A stretch of 64,000 nt of DNA from Octopus sinensis. Taxonomy: Eukaryota. The notes under the pieces are model-generated. The model saw only the letters and a list, made by a program, of their open reading frames with translations. It was not told the DNA's origin and did not search any database. This document shows, piece after piece, positions 1 through 11,180 of the stretch. The stretch is taken from contig NC_043000.1 in NCBI RefSeq assembly GCF_006345805.1, positions 69,502,001 to 69,566,000 of the forward strand. Reading direction: 5' to 3'. Every line of letters begins with the position of its first letter. The first letter of the stretch is position 1. A program made the translations under genes and the position numbers.

Positions 1-11
1 GAGATGTGTCG

Positions 12-55
12 TCCTCTCTTTATTTCACTCACACTGAGTGAAATGAAGAGAGGAT
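12..55. repeat. Short palindrome/hairpin (19-bp stem, 1 mismatch)
   Basis: tcctctctttatttcactc-acact-gagtgaaatgaagagagga. Confidence 0.85.
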
Positions 56-537
56 CTAACGAAGGAGAATTTAAACAATCACCTGAGGAAGCGCATTTTA
101 CATCTCAGAACTATGATTGCTGAATGGTTACTCAGCATCTCATCAACGTACTACAAGGGCAAAAATGTGCTGAACAATTGTAAAGATTCTAAACGAAAAA
201 TGTCGCTCATGCTATTTTCTATCAGTTTCTATTTATCTAGGCTCTACGGATACTATGGAATTCTGGTGTATATCCAGCAACAGGAGTATTTGTACTGAAT
301 GCTGATATTACATAGCCAATAACTTTGGAAAGCTTTGCATAACATTTTACTAGGTATTTACCGGAATCTTATTTAACTATATATATAAATGTGTGTGTAT
401 GTGTGTGTATGCAATGGAAATGGTATGGTGAACATTCAACGCTAAAAAGGAAAATCAAACAGTGTTTTAACTCTGTGTGAGTATACGTATGCATATGTGT
501 GGACAAGGGAAGTATGTGAATGTTTGTATGTATGAAC

Positions 538-1165
538 CAGTGTTCTTTCAGTAACAAACAATGAACGATGTCACATCTTAACAGACAACCACTTGATAAC
601 ATTGAGAATTATATCAATTTGATTTACCATCCATATTCTGTCTGTTTTATTATAAATAATTATTTCAATCAAACACACCTACACAAACATAACATATACA
701 AACTCATTAGAGAAAATAATTATTGCCTGCGTGTATCAAGAATATAAAACGACTGTAGTTGAAAGATATATTATAAATACACATCTTAATTTAACAGTTT
801 ATACATGTCCTAAATTTATTAATATTAAGAAATGTTTTTCCAATGTTCTTTCAGTAACTATACAAAGACTAACCAGCGTTCTTTCAGTAAAAGCGATGAT
901 CGATACCACATCTCAAAATACAACCACAAGATAATATTGAGAAGTGTATTAATATGAATTACCATCTAATTTCTATCTGTTGTGTTATACATAATTATTA
1001 CAATCACACACATCTACACAAACATATACATATACAAACTCATTAGAGAAAATAATTATTGCCTGAGTGTAACAAGAATATAAAACGACAGCAGTTGAAA
1101 AGCATAGTATAAATACAAATTTAACACTTCGTACAAGTGCCTAATTTATTCATATTAAGAAATAT
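538..1165. repeat. Diverged tandem duplication, unit ~335 bp
   Basis: Blocks such as gttctttcagtaa, acaaccac..gataa.attgagaa and catatacaaactcattagagaaaataattattgcctg recur at ~540-835 and ~878-1165. Confidence 0.85.
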
Positions 1166-1199
1166 ATGTAATAAATTTATAATATGGCATTTTTTCAGC

Positions 1200-1546
1200 A
1201 TCAGCTATAAGTCACGGACTGCTTTTGTGGCTTTAAGTCGTATGAGTTTTGGTTGGTTTCGGCAATGAAGAGCGCAATTGAAAGGAAACGTCGCTTCGAA
1301 AATGTTGATATTTACTTGCCAGCCCCCGCATTCAGTCACTACCAGCTTTATGATATACAAGAAGGAAGGAAAACTTAAAAATTCTTTGAATGAATCAAGC
1401 AGTCAAGGGATGATAATTGCGCATAACATTTGGCAATAAAAGAATTATTAAACTAAAAACTTGGTTTTGTACCTTATTTATATATAAATTACTACAATTA
1501 GCCGTAATTATTGACAGCACGCTAGTCTTATTGACGGCCAGCTAGT
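1200..1546 (+). mobile_element. Helitron 3' remnant: PIF1-helicase C-terminal fragments, hairpin and CTAG end
   Basis: Translations SHGL..FVALSR and FENVDIYLPAPAFSHYQLY resemble Helitron helicase xVGIYLPxPVFSHGQLYVALSR; GCCGT..ACGGC hairpin followed by CAGCTAG|T. Confidence 0.65.
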
Positions 1547-1945
1547 CTTATAATAATTCTGCTTGTCATTACGCCACTTAGCCCGACGGTAACGCTTTCA
1601 CGTGATTAGAGAAAAAGAGGGTGAATGAAGTGTTCATGGCGTATGGTAAAGAGAACTGTAAACCTTTAATGTGATTACCTGAAGGGAATGAGAGAACAAA
1701 AGAAAAACAAAAAGGAAAGAGAAAAATAGGATAGGCGAAAAGTAAAGCAGAAAGAGAAAGAAATAAAAAGAGGGAGAGAGAAAAGATGGAAAGAGAAGTG
1801 TCCATGACATATGGTAGGGGAAACAATATTTATTACGTGGTTAAAAAAGTTATTTGAATGGAGTGATACAGAGGAAAGTTAGGAATATAATTTTAGCAGA
1901 AGGGTGATGTTCTGATGGTGAGAGTAAAGAAAGACAGAGAGGGGA

Positions 1946-1976
<31 letters not shown>

Positions 1977-2109
1977 GGTACTGGTGGTAGTGCTAGTGGT
2001 GGCAGTGGTGATGGTGAGAGCATAGTGAAAAATAATTGTTTTAAAATTGTTAATTGAACTAAGTTTTTTTTTTATATCACCTATCATTTAACGCATGCGC
2101 ATCCCAAAC

Positions 2110-2373
2110 TTGCCATTCATTTTAGAAGGAAAACGGTTTCTCGTTCGCCTGTCATATGCAATGATTATCAATAAATCATAAGGGCTAACATTTGACTAAG
2201 TGGGGTTGTTCTTGCTTGAACCTGTACTCAGCCATGGTCTGCTATATGTTGCATTTTCAAGGGCTCGCAAATTATCTGATGTGAGAGTTAAAGTTATTAA
2301 CATTGACAAACAAGGGAAAAGAAGAGGGAGAACTTACCCGAAGAACATAGTCTGCAAAGAAGTATTAGATTAG
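2110..2373 (+). pseudogene. Helitron PIF1-like helicase C-terminus (2 stops)
   Basis: LPFILEGKRFLVRLSYAMIINKS*GLTFD*VGLFLLEPVLSHGLLYVAFSRARKLSDVRVKVI...KNIVCKEVLD* matches helicase motifs V-VI (AMTINKSQG, FSHGQLYVAxSR). Confidence 0.9.
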
Positions 2374-2949
2374 GAGGTGTACGCAAATTGAAATGTGTAT
2401 TGGTCTTGACTCATCGCCTTGGCTTATAAGTTACCAACGACATGGTTTTCAGAATATGCTATGTTGCATTAAATTTTTACCCGTGTGAAATTGTGACCCC
2501 TATATTTTACATATAAAATAATTTCTTTTACAATAAAAGTTTTGTTTTCTAGATATGAAATTATGACTATGTAAATTTTAAAATGTAATTTTTTCTGTTT
2601 ATTAGGAAAATGGAAACAAGAGTAAATATTTATTTTGTGAGTGCTACCTATTAAGTCTATAAAATTGAGCATAAATTATATAAAGTACATATAGAAAGTG
2701 CATTAAGTAGTCATCTTATTCCAGTTTCCTTCACTTTTCAATGAACAGCAGATGAGCGACTATCTTTTGATAGGCTACGCTTTCAGACATTTTGGATAAA
2801 GTTTTCAGGAATAACCCAGTAGGTTTACTATTAATTCCATGAAATAATCAAGGGTCCTGCTAATAAATATGATTATACAAATAAAATAAATAAAATAAGA
2901 TATATAATATACAAGCAATATATATATATATAAATAAGATAGGAGGAGT

Positions 2950-3600
2950 TTAGATCACGGTGACTCAAACTAATAAGTATGCGTTCTGAATACCCAAATA
3001 GGTGTGCTACCAAAATTCCAGTTAGAACAGCGGTAGAAGTTGAGGTTGTGTGAATGTCTTTTTCAAAAATGGCCAATGGTGGCTTCCTTTTGAGTCAGTA
3101 GGTATAGGTTAAAGTAGTGAGGAAAGGCAAACAATTATTCAAGGTAGGACTAGGGCATTTGATTTCATTTAATTCAATCTAAACATTTAGCTACATAATG
3201 AACGGTAAAAATAATACAAAACTGGTAATGATAGCCTCTGGTAGCTGTTTCTGGGATACCCCAGCTATTTAGTGCATCGTATCTAGCGATGATTCTATAA
3301 GCCAAGCATTCCATAATCAGAGAAATATAGGTTAGACAGTGGAAAGAATGTTCCTCATCAATGATATTTGTCGTGTTTTCTTATGTCCAGGAGGGTAGAC
3401 GGGTCCAATTAAATCGAGTTCCATCGAGTCATCTTTAGGTAAATTCATGATCAGAAAGAATGTTTAAATGATACATCAAGGTGAGAAGAGGGAAAGAATA
3501 GTTAAGAAATACTCTATATTGAGGGAAAGTGAAGTTGAATGCAAGCAGACCCAGCGCTGTGCATGGAACAAAGATACGTTCTGGTGTAAGAGGTAAACAT
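2950..3600 (-). pseudogene. Highly degenerate Penelope-like RT/thumb region
   Basis: Across frames: SLIMECLAYRII, FCIIFTVHYVAKCLD, NNCLPFL, IFEKDIHT resemble PLE RT motifs ANLFME, FCII..FLDHLN, NNxLPFLD, VYRKPTHT. Confidence 0.5.
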
Positions 3601-4399
3601 TGGATATATACTGTTTAGTATATTAAAGGGTATTCGCTCCAGATGTAGAGTAAATGCTAGCAGTTTCAAAGTTATGTGAATAATGAGAGGCGAAATAAAT
3701 AATATATTCTGTTGTGAGGGAAAATGGTGGATAAGTAGAAGGTTTGTATTAGATATATAGTGCTCAGTATGTCAGAGGGTATTCAGTCCTGAGAGAATGA
3801 GGAGGAATAAATAATACATTCTAGTATGAGAAAGGTGAGTAGATCTATATAATGAGGGGTATTATAGTCTTGGGAAATTAGAGAGAAAATTAGGGAGAGG
3901 ATGGAGGACTACTAAATTAGCATTCCCATCCAAAGAAGTTTGGGGTGGAAAATGTTAAAACCGACAGGTAAGGAAGAAAAAAACAGGGCAGATGCTAGAC
4001 CTACGGATCTAAGGTATCAAATAATAAAGTGGATATAAGAAAGATAATCGACAAGTGTAGATATGGGTAGTCAAATCAAACTGGGATGGATATGTCTGGT
4101 TCTCTAGCCCTTAAGGAGAGCTAGTATGCTAGAAGTAGGTGCCAAACTGTAAAGAAAAGATTTAAGATTTTGATGTCAACTTGCAAAGATTTTAAGAAAT
4201 GTGGTATAAAAGTAATGTAAATAGCTAAAGGAATAAAGACAAAAATAACTAAAATAAGAATGAGATTAACTCTTAAAATTAAAAATTAGATTAAAAATAT
4301 AATTTATTGTCCTTAACGCAAATGGAGAGACTATGGGGCTATGTAGTCTATATATATACCGACAGAATGTTTAATAACGGTATAAATGTCTAAGTTAGA

Positions 4400-4960
4400 T
4401 GTTAGTGATAATAAGACGTGTTGGTATTTTTACACTTAGACCTTCGGAAAAATTTGAAGGAATTAAAAAAATTTTGTGTACAAGTAGAGAATGCTTCATG
4501 CTGCTTATTAAATAACAGTGTAGGATTAGGTAGCCCGAAAATAGCCCGCAAGTAGTGCACTGGCCTTGGTATGGAAGTTCGGAATTAATTATGAACTAAG
4601 ATATATTGTAGGGAATATGTTTTTCATAAGGTGAAGCACGTGATCAGCAAGCGAGGTAGTCTTGCTGTACCTTTCATAAGTCAACGAATTTATATTAGCC
4701 GAATATCTATGCTTGAAATTAATTGTGGATCCAATATAATACCTGGTAGAATTGTGAAGCGTGTTACGAACCGTGCATTTGTAGACAATGTTAAAGCTCC
4801 TGCAATGGGTTTGCGGCGGGCATTCATTCCTAGATTTGCAGTTGCAACTAGATCTATCTGGTACATAGCGATTTGCCGTATGTGGATTGCTGTACTATTA
4901 AAGGGCATGCTATGGTTTAAGGTAGTGTTCCCAGCGTTATCACTAATATGTAACTCATTT
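4400..4960 (-). pseudogene. Penelope-like GIY-YIG endonuclease and 3' end
   Basis: SCNCKSRNECPPQTHCRSFNIVYKCTV...RYYIGSTINFKHRY...TTSLADHV then LLFNKQHEAFSTC: CNC-x-CP linker, GIY-YIG motif and PLE C-terminal LNKxxE.STC. Confidence 0.85.
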
Positions 4961-5064
4961 GAACCTATAAGGTGTTAATAAATAAATGAGATCGTGGATA
5001 TTCTACACTCCTGGGAAATATTAATAGTCACTGAAGGTCCATTACTACGATTGGTACTGGAGGC

Positions 5065-5098
5065 ATTGTTGTTGTTGTTATTATTATTATTATTATTA

Positions 5099-5153
<55 letters not shown>

Positions 5154-5195
5154 GTTGTTGTTGCTGTTGTTGTTGTTGTTGTTGCTGTTGTTGTT
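5065..5195. repeat. Compound (TTG)/(TTA) microsatellite
   Basis: Direct reading. Confidence 0.95.
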
Positions 5196-5556
5196 AAGGC
5201 GACAAGCTGGCATGATCGCTAGCACGCAGCACGCAGCACGCAGGACGAAATGCTTAGCGGTATTTCGCTCGTCGAGTTCAAAATTCGCCGAGATCAATTT
5301 ACTTGCATGCTATTTGCGAGCATATTCCTACCTACCCCGACACTGTTACTTAAGAAGCATGAAGCATTCACTACTTGTACACACAAGTCTTTCAAGTCCT
5401 TAAAATTTTTCCGAGGGTCTAAGTGTAAAAAACCAACTCGTCTTATTATCATCCTTTCGGGGTCGATAAAATAAGTACCAGTTGAACACTGGAGTCGATA
5501 TAATCGACTCATCCTTTCCTCCGAAATTACTGCCCTTGTGATAAAAATTTGAAACT
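5196..5556 (+). mobile_element. tRNA-derived SINE (family 1) interrupted by ~150 bp PLE fragment
   Basis: Head aaggcgacaagctggc..gagttcaaa (B box); tail atcctttcggggtcgataaaataagtaccagttg, shared with copies at 18270, 27337, 36760, 50365. Confidence 0.8.
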
Positions 5557-5574
5557 ATTATTATTATTATTATC

Positions 5575-6612
5575 ATTCAGTAGTTTTATTTTTATAGCGT
5601 GCTTTCACTTCACTACCGAGCGCAGCTCTGTGTGCCTTGGGTATGTGCTGTGATTTGTTGCGATGCTCTGATGGTTACTGTATTGAAAGTGTTCTGCGCA
5701 GGATGTGGGCAGTGTCTAGTAGTGCAATTTTCTGTATGTTATATGTGTTTGTAAGTCCTGGTGTTTTTGTTATGTATTTGTCCTGAATATTTTTTCATCA
5801 TGCCTAATGCACCTACTATGATAGGAATTGTTTCTGTTTTTAGATTCCACATTCTATTTACCTCTATTTCCAGGTCTTTGTATTTTGAAAGTTTCTCCAT
5901 TTCTTTTAGAGACACGTTGTCATCTGCTGGTATTGATACATCAATTAGAAAGCATTTTTTCTTCTTCATGATCTCTGACAACTATATCTGGTCTGTTGGC
6001 CTTAATTTCTCTATCTGTGTGTATCGGCATATCCCAGAGTATGGTTGCTTTCTCGTTTTCTGTGACCTTTTCTGGTGTGTGCCTATATCATCTTCTTTCT
6101 GTTCTTATCCCATAATGTTGGCATAGCTTCCAGTGTATGTAGTTCCCAACTCTGTCGTGTCTGTGAATATATTCTTCTTATCCAGGACTGGGCAGCCAGA
6201 GATAATATGATTTATTGTTTCTTGTCCATCTCCACATATTCTGCAGTTACTTGTTATATTTCTTTTCATTACATGTTTTTGGTAATTTGTGGTGGGGAGG
6301 CTTTGGTCTTGTGCCGCAATTAAAAATCCCTCTGTCTCTGCTTTGAGTCCTGAGCTTCTCAACCATTGCTGGGATTTTTCTTTGTCTATTTCTTTTGCAT
6401 TTATTTTAGTCCAGTATTTACCGTGGAGGGGTTTTCTTGCCATCGTTTTATCACGGTTCTTTGCTGTTCTAGTTTTAGTTTGGATTTCATTTGTTTTATA
6501 GCTTTTGTTGTTGTTTCTTCTTCTTCTTCTTCTTCTTCTTTTTCTTCGTTCTTCTTCTTCTTCTTTCTTCTTCTTCTTCTTCTTCTTCTTCTTTCTTCTT
6601 GTCTTTCTTCTT

Positions 6613-6643
<31 letters not shown>

Positions 6644-8150
6644 TTCTTCTTCTTCTTCTTCTTCTTCTTCTTCTTCTTCTTCTTCTTCTTCTTCTTCTTC
6701 TTCTCTTCTTGTCTTCTTCTTCTTCTTCTTCTTCTATATTGTTAGGTGGTATGATTTTGTTTGTATTTGTCAGCTTCCTTAAATACTGAGAACAGTTTTT
6801 GTTTTGCTCGTGTTTTGCCGCTATTTGTATCAGTTTTCCTTCCTTCTGAAGTAGATTTTTTGCAGTCCTATGGTGGTTATTTTATAGTAGTTTTCCAGCT
6901 GTATAAGGCCTCTACCACCTTCTATACGTTGTATATATAGTCTTTCTATGTCAGATTTTGGGTGATGCATCCTAGACCCTGTCATTATTTTTCTTGTTTC
7001 CCTATCTATTTTGGTCAGTTCATTTAGTGTCCAGTTAAGGATATTGTAGCTGTAACTTATAACTGGGACGGCTAAAGTGCTAATACCTATTATCTTGTTT
7101 TTAGCATTGAGCTCTGTTTTTAGTATTGATCTAACTCGTCTATAATATTCTTTTTTATTTTCTCTTTCATTTGTGTGTGTTGTGTCTTATCTAGTTCATG
7201 GATTCCTAAGTATTTGAAAGTTTGGCTTTGGTCTAATTATTTTATTTCATCGGTTTTATCTAGTGTGATGTTGCTACTCTTAACTAGTTTTCCTCTTTTC
7301 ATGGTTACTTTGGCGCATTTTTCTAATCCAAATTTCATATCTATTTCTTTGGTAAATCCATGAACTGTCTTTAGTAGTGTTTCCAGCTGTTTGTCATCTG
7401 TAGCGTATAGTTTTAGGTCATCCATATATAAAAGGTGGCTGATCGTTTTGCCGTAACATTTATATCCGCATCCAGTTCTATTTAGCATATCAGATAGAGA
7501 TGACAATGCCTAGCAGAAAAGGAGGGGAGAGAGCGTGTCTCCCTGGAATATTCCTCTTCTAATGGGGATGGCTTTGGTTTTCATGAGTCCCTCTTTTGTT
7601 TGGAGCTGTAGCTCTGTTTGCCATTTATTCATAGAGTCTGCTATGTACTTTATAATTGTTGGTGCTACTTTGTTAATGGCTAGTGTTTCGAGGATCCATG
7701 TGTGGGGGATGCTATCAAACACCTTTCTGTAGTCGATCCAGGCCATACTGAGGCCTTTCTTCTTTCTGTGGCTGTCTTCAGTAATGGCTTTATCGATCAT
7801 TAGTTGATCTTTACAGCCATGAGCCTTTGCGGAATTCTTTATGCTCTTCTGGAAACAGGTTGTTTTCGTCCAGGTGCTTGTTTAATCTTTGTGATATTAC
7901 TGCAGTAAATGCTTTGTACACTGTAGGGAGACAGGTTATAGGTCTGTAGTTCTCTGATCTTACTGTCTCATTGGATTTGGGAATTAAGATGGTTTTCCCC
8001 TTCATGAGCCATTCAGGCATTGTCTCTGGCTCTGCCAGTATGTTGTTAGTTTTCAGTCAGCTTTTTGTGCATTCCTGGTAGATATTTCAACCAGAAGTTG
8101 GGGATCTTGTCATGCCCAGGTCCATTCCAGTTGTTTAGACTTTCCTCTTT
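5575..8150 (-). mobile_element. R4/Dong-clade non-LTR retrotransposon, family A, 5'-truncated, frameshifted
   Basis: RT (NYRPITCL, MAWIDYRKVFDSIPH, RGIFQGDTLSP, HLLYMDDLKL), CCHC knuckle (CRICG..ETINHIISGC), RLE (RPDIVV..CFLIDVSIP); 3' end abuts (TAA)n. Confidence 0.95.
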
Positions 8151-8366
8151 CACCTTTCTTTCATGGTTCACACAGTCTGTCTAAGTCACTTTTTGGGTGG
8201 AGTGACCCATATCTAGTTAGCAACTTCCTTGTCTTATTGTCTAAGCTGTTTAGTTCGTCTACTCTCCATGCGATTACCGCTGCTCCATATCTAAGGAGTG
8301 AAACCGCCCAGGTGTTGAAAGCTTCGATCTTATTCCGTCCGTTTAATTTCGTCTTAAGGATCTCTC
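8150..8366 (-). mobile_element. Thumb-region fragment of a different R4/Dong family
   Basis: REILKTKLNGRNKIEAFNTWAVSLLRYG...LHPKSDLDRL. Confidence 0.85.
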
Positions 8367-8437
8367 GGGCATATGGCATAGTGGTTAAAAGCGCGGGCTA
8401 CTAATCCCAACATTTCGAGTTCGATTCCAGGCAGTCA

Positions 8438-8495
<58 letters not shown>

Positions 8496-8505
8496 CATCA
8501 TCATC

Positions 8506-8542
<37 letters not shown>

Positions 8543-8715
8543 CATCGAAAAATATCTTAGGAATGAGAACCGAGGTTCGAAATTTCTCCTGACACCTGAT
8601 GAAGGCTGGAGAGTATATCAGCCGAAGCGTTGTGTTAACAACAAAAAAGAGGAGGACAATTATCCGTCAAATGTAAATAATGTACATAATTCCTCATCTC
8701 TTCAATATAGAACTG
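8367..8715 (+). mobile_element. tRNA-headed SINE-like element with internal (AAT)n and hammerhead motif
   Basis: A box TGGCATAGTGG, B box GAGTTCGATTCC, (AAT)n 8442-8540, CTGATGA core at 8596, followed by (TAGA)n. Confidence 0.8.
8591..8636 (+). ncRNA. Minimal type-I hammerhead ribozyme, this copy with A15.1->G
   Basis: gacac|CTGATGA|a|ggctg-gagagtatat-cagcc|GAA g cgt t|gtgtt: helix I gacac/gtgtt, helix II 5 bp. Confidence 0.75.
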
Positions 8716-8793
<78 letters not shown>

Positions 8794-8795
8794 CC
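8716..8795. repeat. (TAGA)n microsatellite
   Basis: Direct reading. Confidence 0.95.
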
Positions 8796-8929
8796 AGGTT
8801 GGGTTAAACTTTTTTTTTGTAATTCAAGCTTTAATAAATAGTTCAGACAAATTATATACGCAAAGTGTATGTTCATCAAAAATACATCCTATCATATTCC
8901 TTTGTGTATTGCTATATTTATGCCGGAAG

Positions 8930-9830
8930 CTAAATTCCACACTTATACCATTTAGTTGGTTTAGAGCCCCAAAAAATCCCTGCACCCATTTTCAGCTACA
9001 TTGTTGAAATCCCGTTAATGCAGGGAGCCATGCCTGGAGAAGGGTGTTAACCTGATGATGCAAGGTTTAGACAGTACGCAACGTTAGGTTGCACTTCGAA
9101 CCCCTCAATGGTGTGTGTGAGGGGGGATGCTGTAGGAGTACGCGTCTTCGATTGACCAATACCGGTTAGTGGGATTTCAAAACATTATACTCTCGCTGCA
9201 GTGGTTGAGCATTGCGGTTAGTGTTCATAACCTGACCGTTTGCGACCATCTCAAAGTGCAACATCCCCTCCAAACATGCAATATTATGTTCAAACTGCCC
9301 TTGTTTGGCAATAAATTCTGAAGCCAGACCGGATCGAAGTCGCTGATTTTTCCTATAAGGATTACGAAAATGAATCCATTTTCCATCCCCATTCGACGCT
9401 CTTAACTGGCATCTCGAGGATTCACCAGGAGTCGTATGTAAATGTTCACACGTCGTTGACCTGGTCAATGACCAATTTATAAGGAACTTCTCGACAGCTA
9501 CTATTCACAAGGCCGAGCTTATGGAGGTGTCAATGGATGGTGCTTTGTGGGGGACAAACTTCTACGGAAATGTAAGAGTACTCGTGCTTTCACTATTTCA
9601 AGCAAAACCTCATCATCCACAGCAAAATATCTCTCTGTCTTTGGTATGTCTTCGCAGCTTGTGCTACCTTCCTTCTGAACCAGTTTTGTACCACTCATTC
9701 ATTGACACTTCCTGGGCCTTCCACATCATTAATATCTTTTGTCGCTGCACTCAATCCTTTTAACTTCACGTAGAGGAAAATAGCTCTGATTGCAATGCTT
9801 TCTCTAACATTAACAAAGCTGTAAAAGCAA
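8930..9830 (-). mobile_element. Degenerate mariner transposase
   Basis: IRAIFLYVKL..SAAT..GPGSVNE*VVQNWFRR (HTH), NGDGKWIHFRNP (TGDEKW), EGMLHFE, LQH. Confidence 0.85.
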
Positions 9831-9852
9831 TTAATGCTTATATGTTATATAC

Positions 9853-10250
9853 TCTTACTCTTTTACTTGTTTCAGTCATGTGACTGTGGCCATGCTAGAG
9901 CACCGCCTTTAGTCGATCAAATCAACCCCAGGACTTATTCTTTGTAAGCCTAGTACTTATTTTATCGGTCTCTTTTTTGCCGAACCGCTAAGTTACGGGG
10001 ACGTAAACGCACCAGCATCGGTTGCCAAGCGATGTTGGGGGACAAACACAGACACGCAAACACGCACATAAATATACATATATACGACGGGCTTCTTTCT
10101 GTTTCCGTCTACCAAATCCACTCACAAGGGTCTGGTCGGCCCGAGGCTATAGTAGAAGACATCTACCCAAGGTGCCACGAAGTGGGACCGAACCCGGAAC
10201 CATGTGGTTCGTAAGCAAGCTACTTACCACACAGCCACTCCTACGCCTAT
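9853..10250 (-). mobile_element. tRNA-derived SINE (family 2), near full length
   Basis: Reverse complement of the 60211-60625 copy; head ataggcgtaggagtggctgtgtgg..ggttccgggttcggtccc; tail ..aaacaagtaaaaagagtaagagta. Confidence 0.9.
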
Positions 10251-10898
10251 ATATAAAAATAAAGAATAAACAATAAACAATTCAGCAACAATTGGATGAT
10301 AAATTGCACGAAAGTTGTCAAAAATTATCAGTGAAAATCCGAAAGTCTTCAACTCAAGCTGATAGACAGCCAGCTAGCTAGTTAGATATGTATGTATGTA
10401 TGTATGTATGCATGTATGTATGTATGCATGTATGTATGTATGTATGTATGTATGTATGTATGTATGTATGTATGTATGCATGTATGTACGTAGATATGTA
10501 CATTTATGTACATATGTATGTGTTTACGTATACATATATGTGTACATCGGTGGGCTTATGGTGCCTGTATACTCGAGAAACTAGATTTCTTTTGTTACTT
10601 TTTCTTCTAGTGTGCTTTCATCTGTACGTCAATATATTGTGCACATCCTCAAATATGTGTGTGTGTATGTATTTGTTTGTGCGATGGTTGCCTGTACGTG
10701 ACTACGTGTTTGTGTATGCTTGTGTGTTTGTCTGTGTGTGTGTTGTCAGTAAAAATCGTTCAACAGGATGCCTGTAAAGTTATCATCCTGTACATACGAC
10801 GAATCGGAAATAACCAAATTATGAAACCAAAATGGGTGAGACAGGATCTGGCCTCCACACATACACACGCGCATGCGTGTGTGTATATACATGCACAC

Positions 10899-10931
<33 letters not shown>

Positions 10932-11040
10932 TATGTATACATTCTAGTATCCTACCTCATTACGGGTTTGAGATGAAGGCTGTGGCTACGCCGGAAAATT
11001 CACAAACATACACACAAACATGCACACATACATATGCATA

Positions 11041-11180
11041 GAGACGAATGGTCAAGTGCCTAGCTTGCCGCTCGCCCAATCGCAAGATTGCAGTTTCGAT
11101 TACCAGACCGGATAAGACGTTTTGTTTTTGAGCAAAACATTTTATTTCACATTGTCTTATCCACTCAGCTGTAAATTAGT
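11041..11180 (+). mobile_element. tRNA-derived SINE 5' fragment
   Basis: A-box-like TGGTCAAGTG, B-box-like GTTTCGATTACC. Confidence 0.55.

Noticed and set aside
2700-5060. Possible mitochondrial insertion (NUMT) or viral fragment
   Set aside because: Minus-strand translation gives PLE GIY-YIG and RT-like motifs; no mitochondrial gene or rRNA motif recognised.
8367-8441. tRNA gene
   Set aside because: A/B boxes are present but acceptor and T stems do not pair well and it runs into a repeat body; treated as a SINE head.
9054-9110. CTGATGA as hammerhead core
   Set aside because: No properly placed GAAA or helices; it is the antisense of mariner coding sequence.
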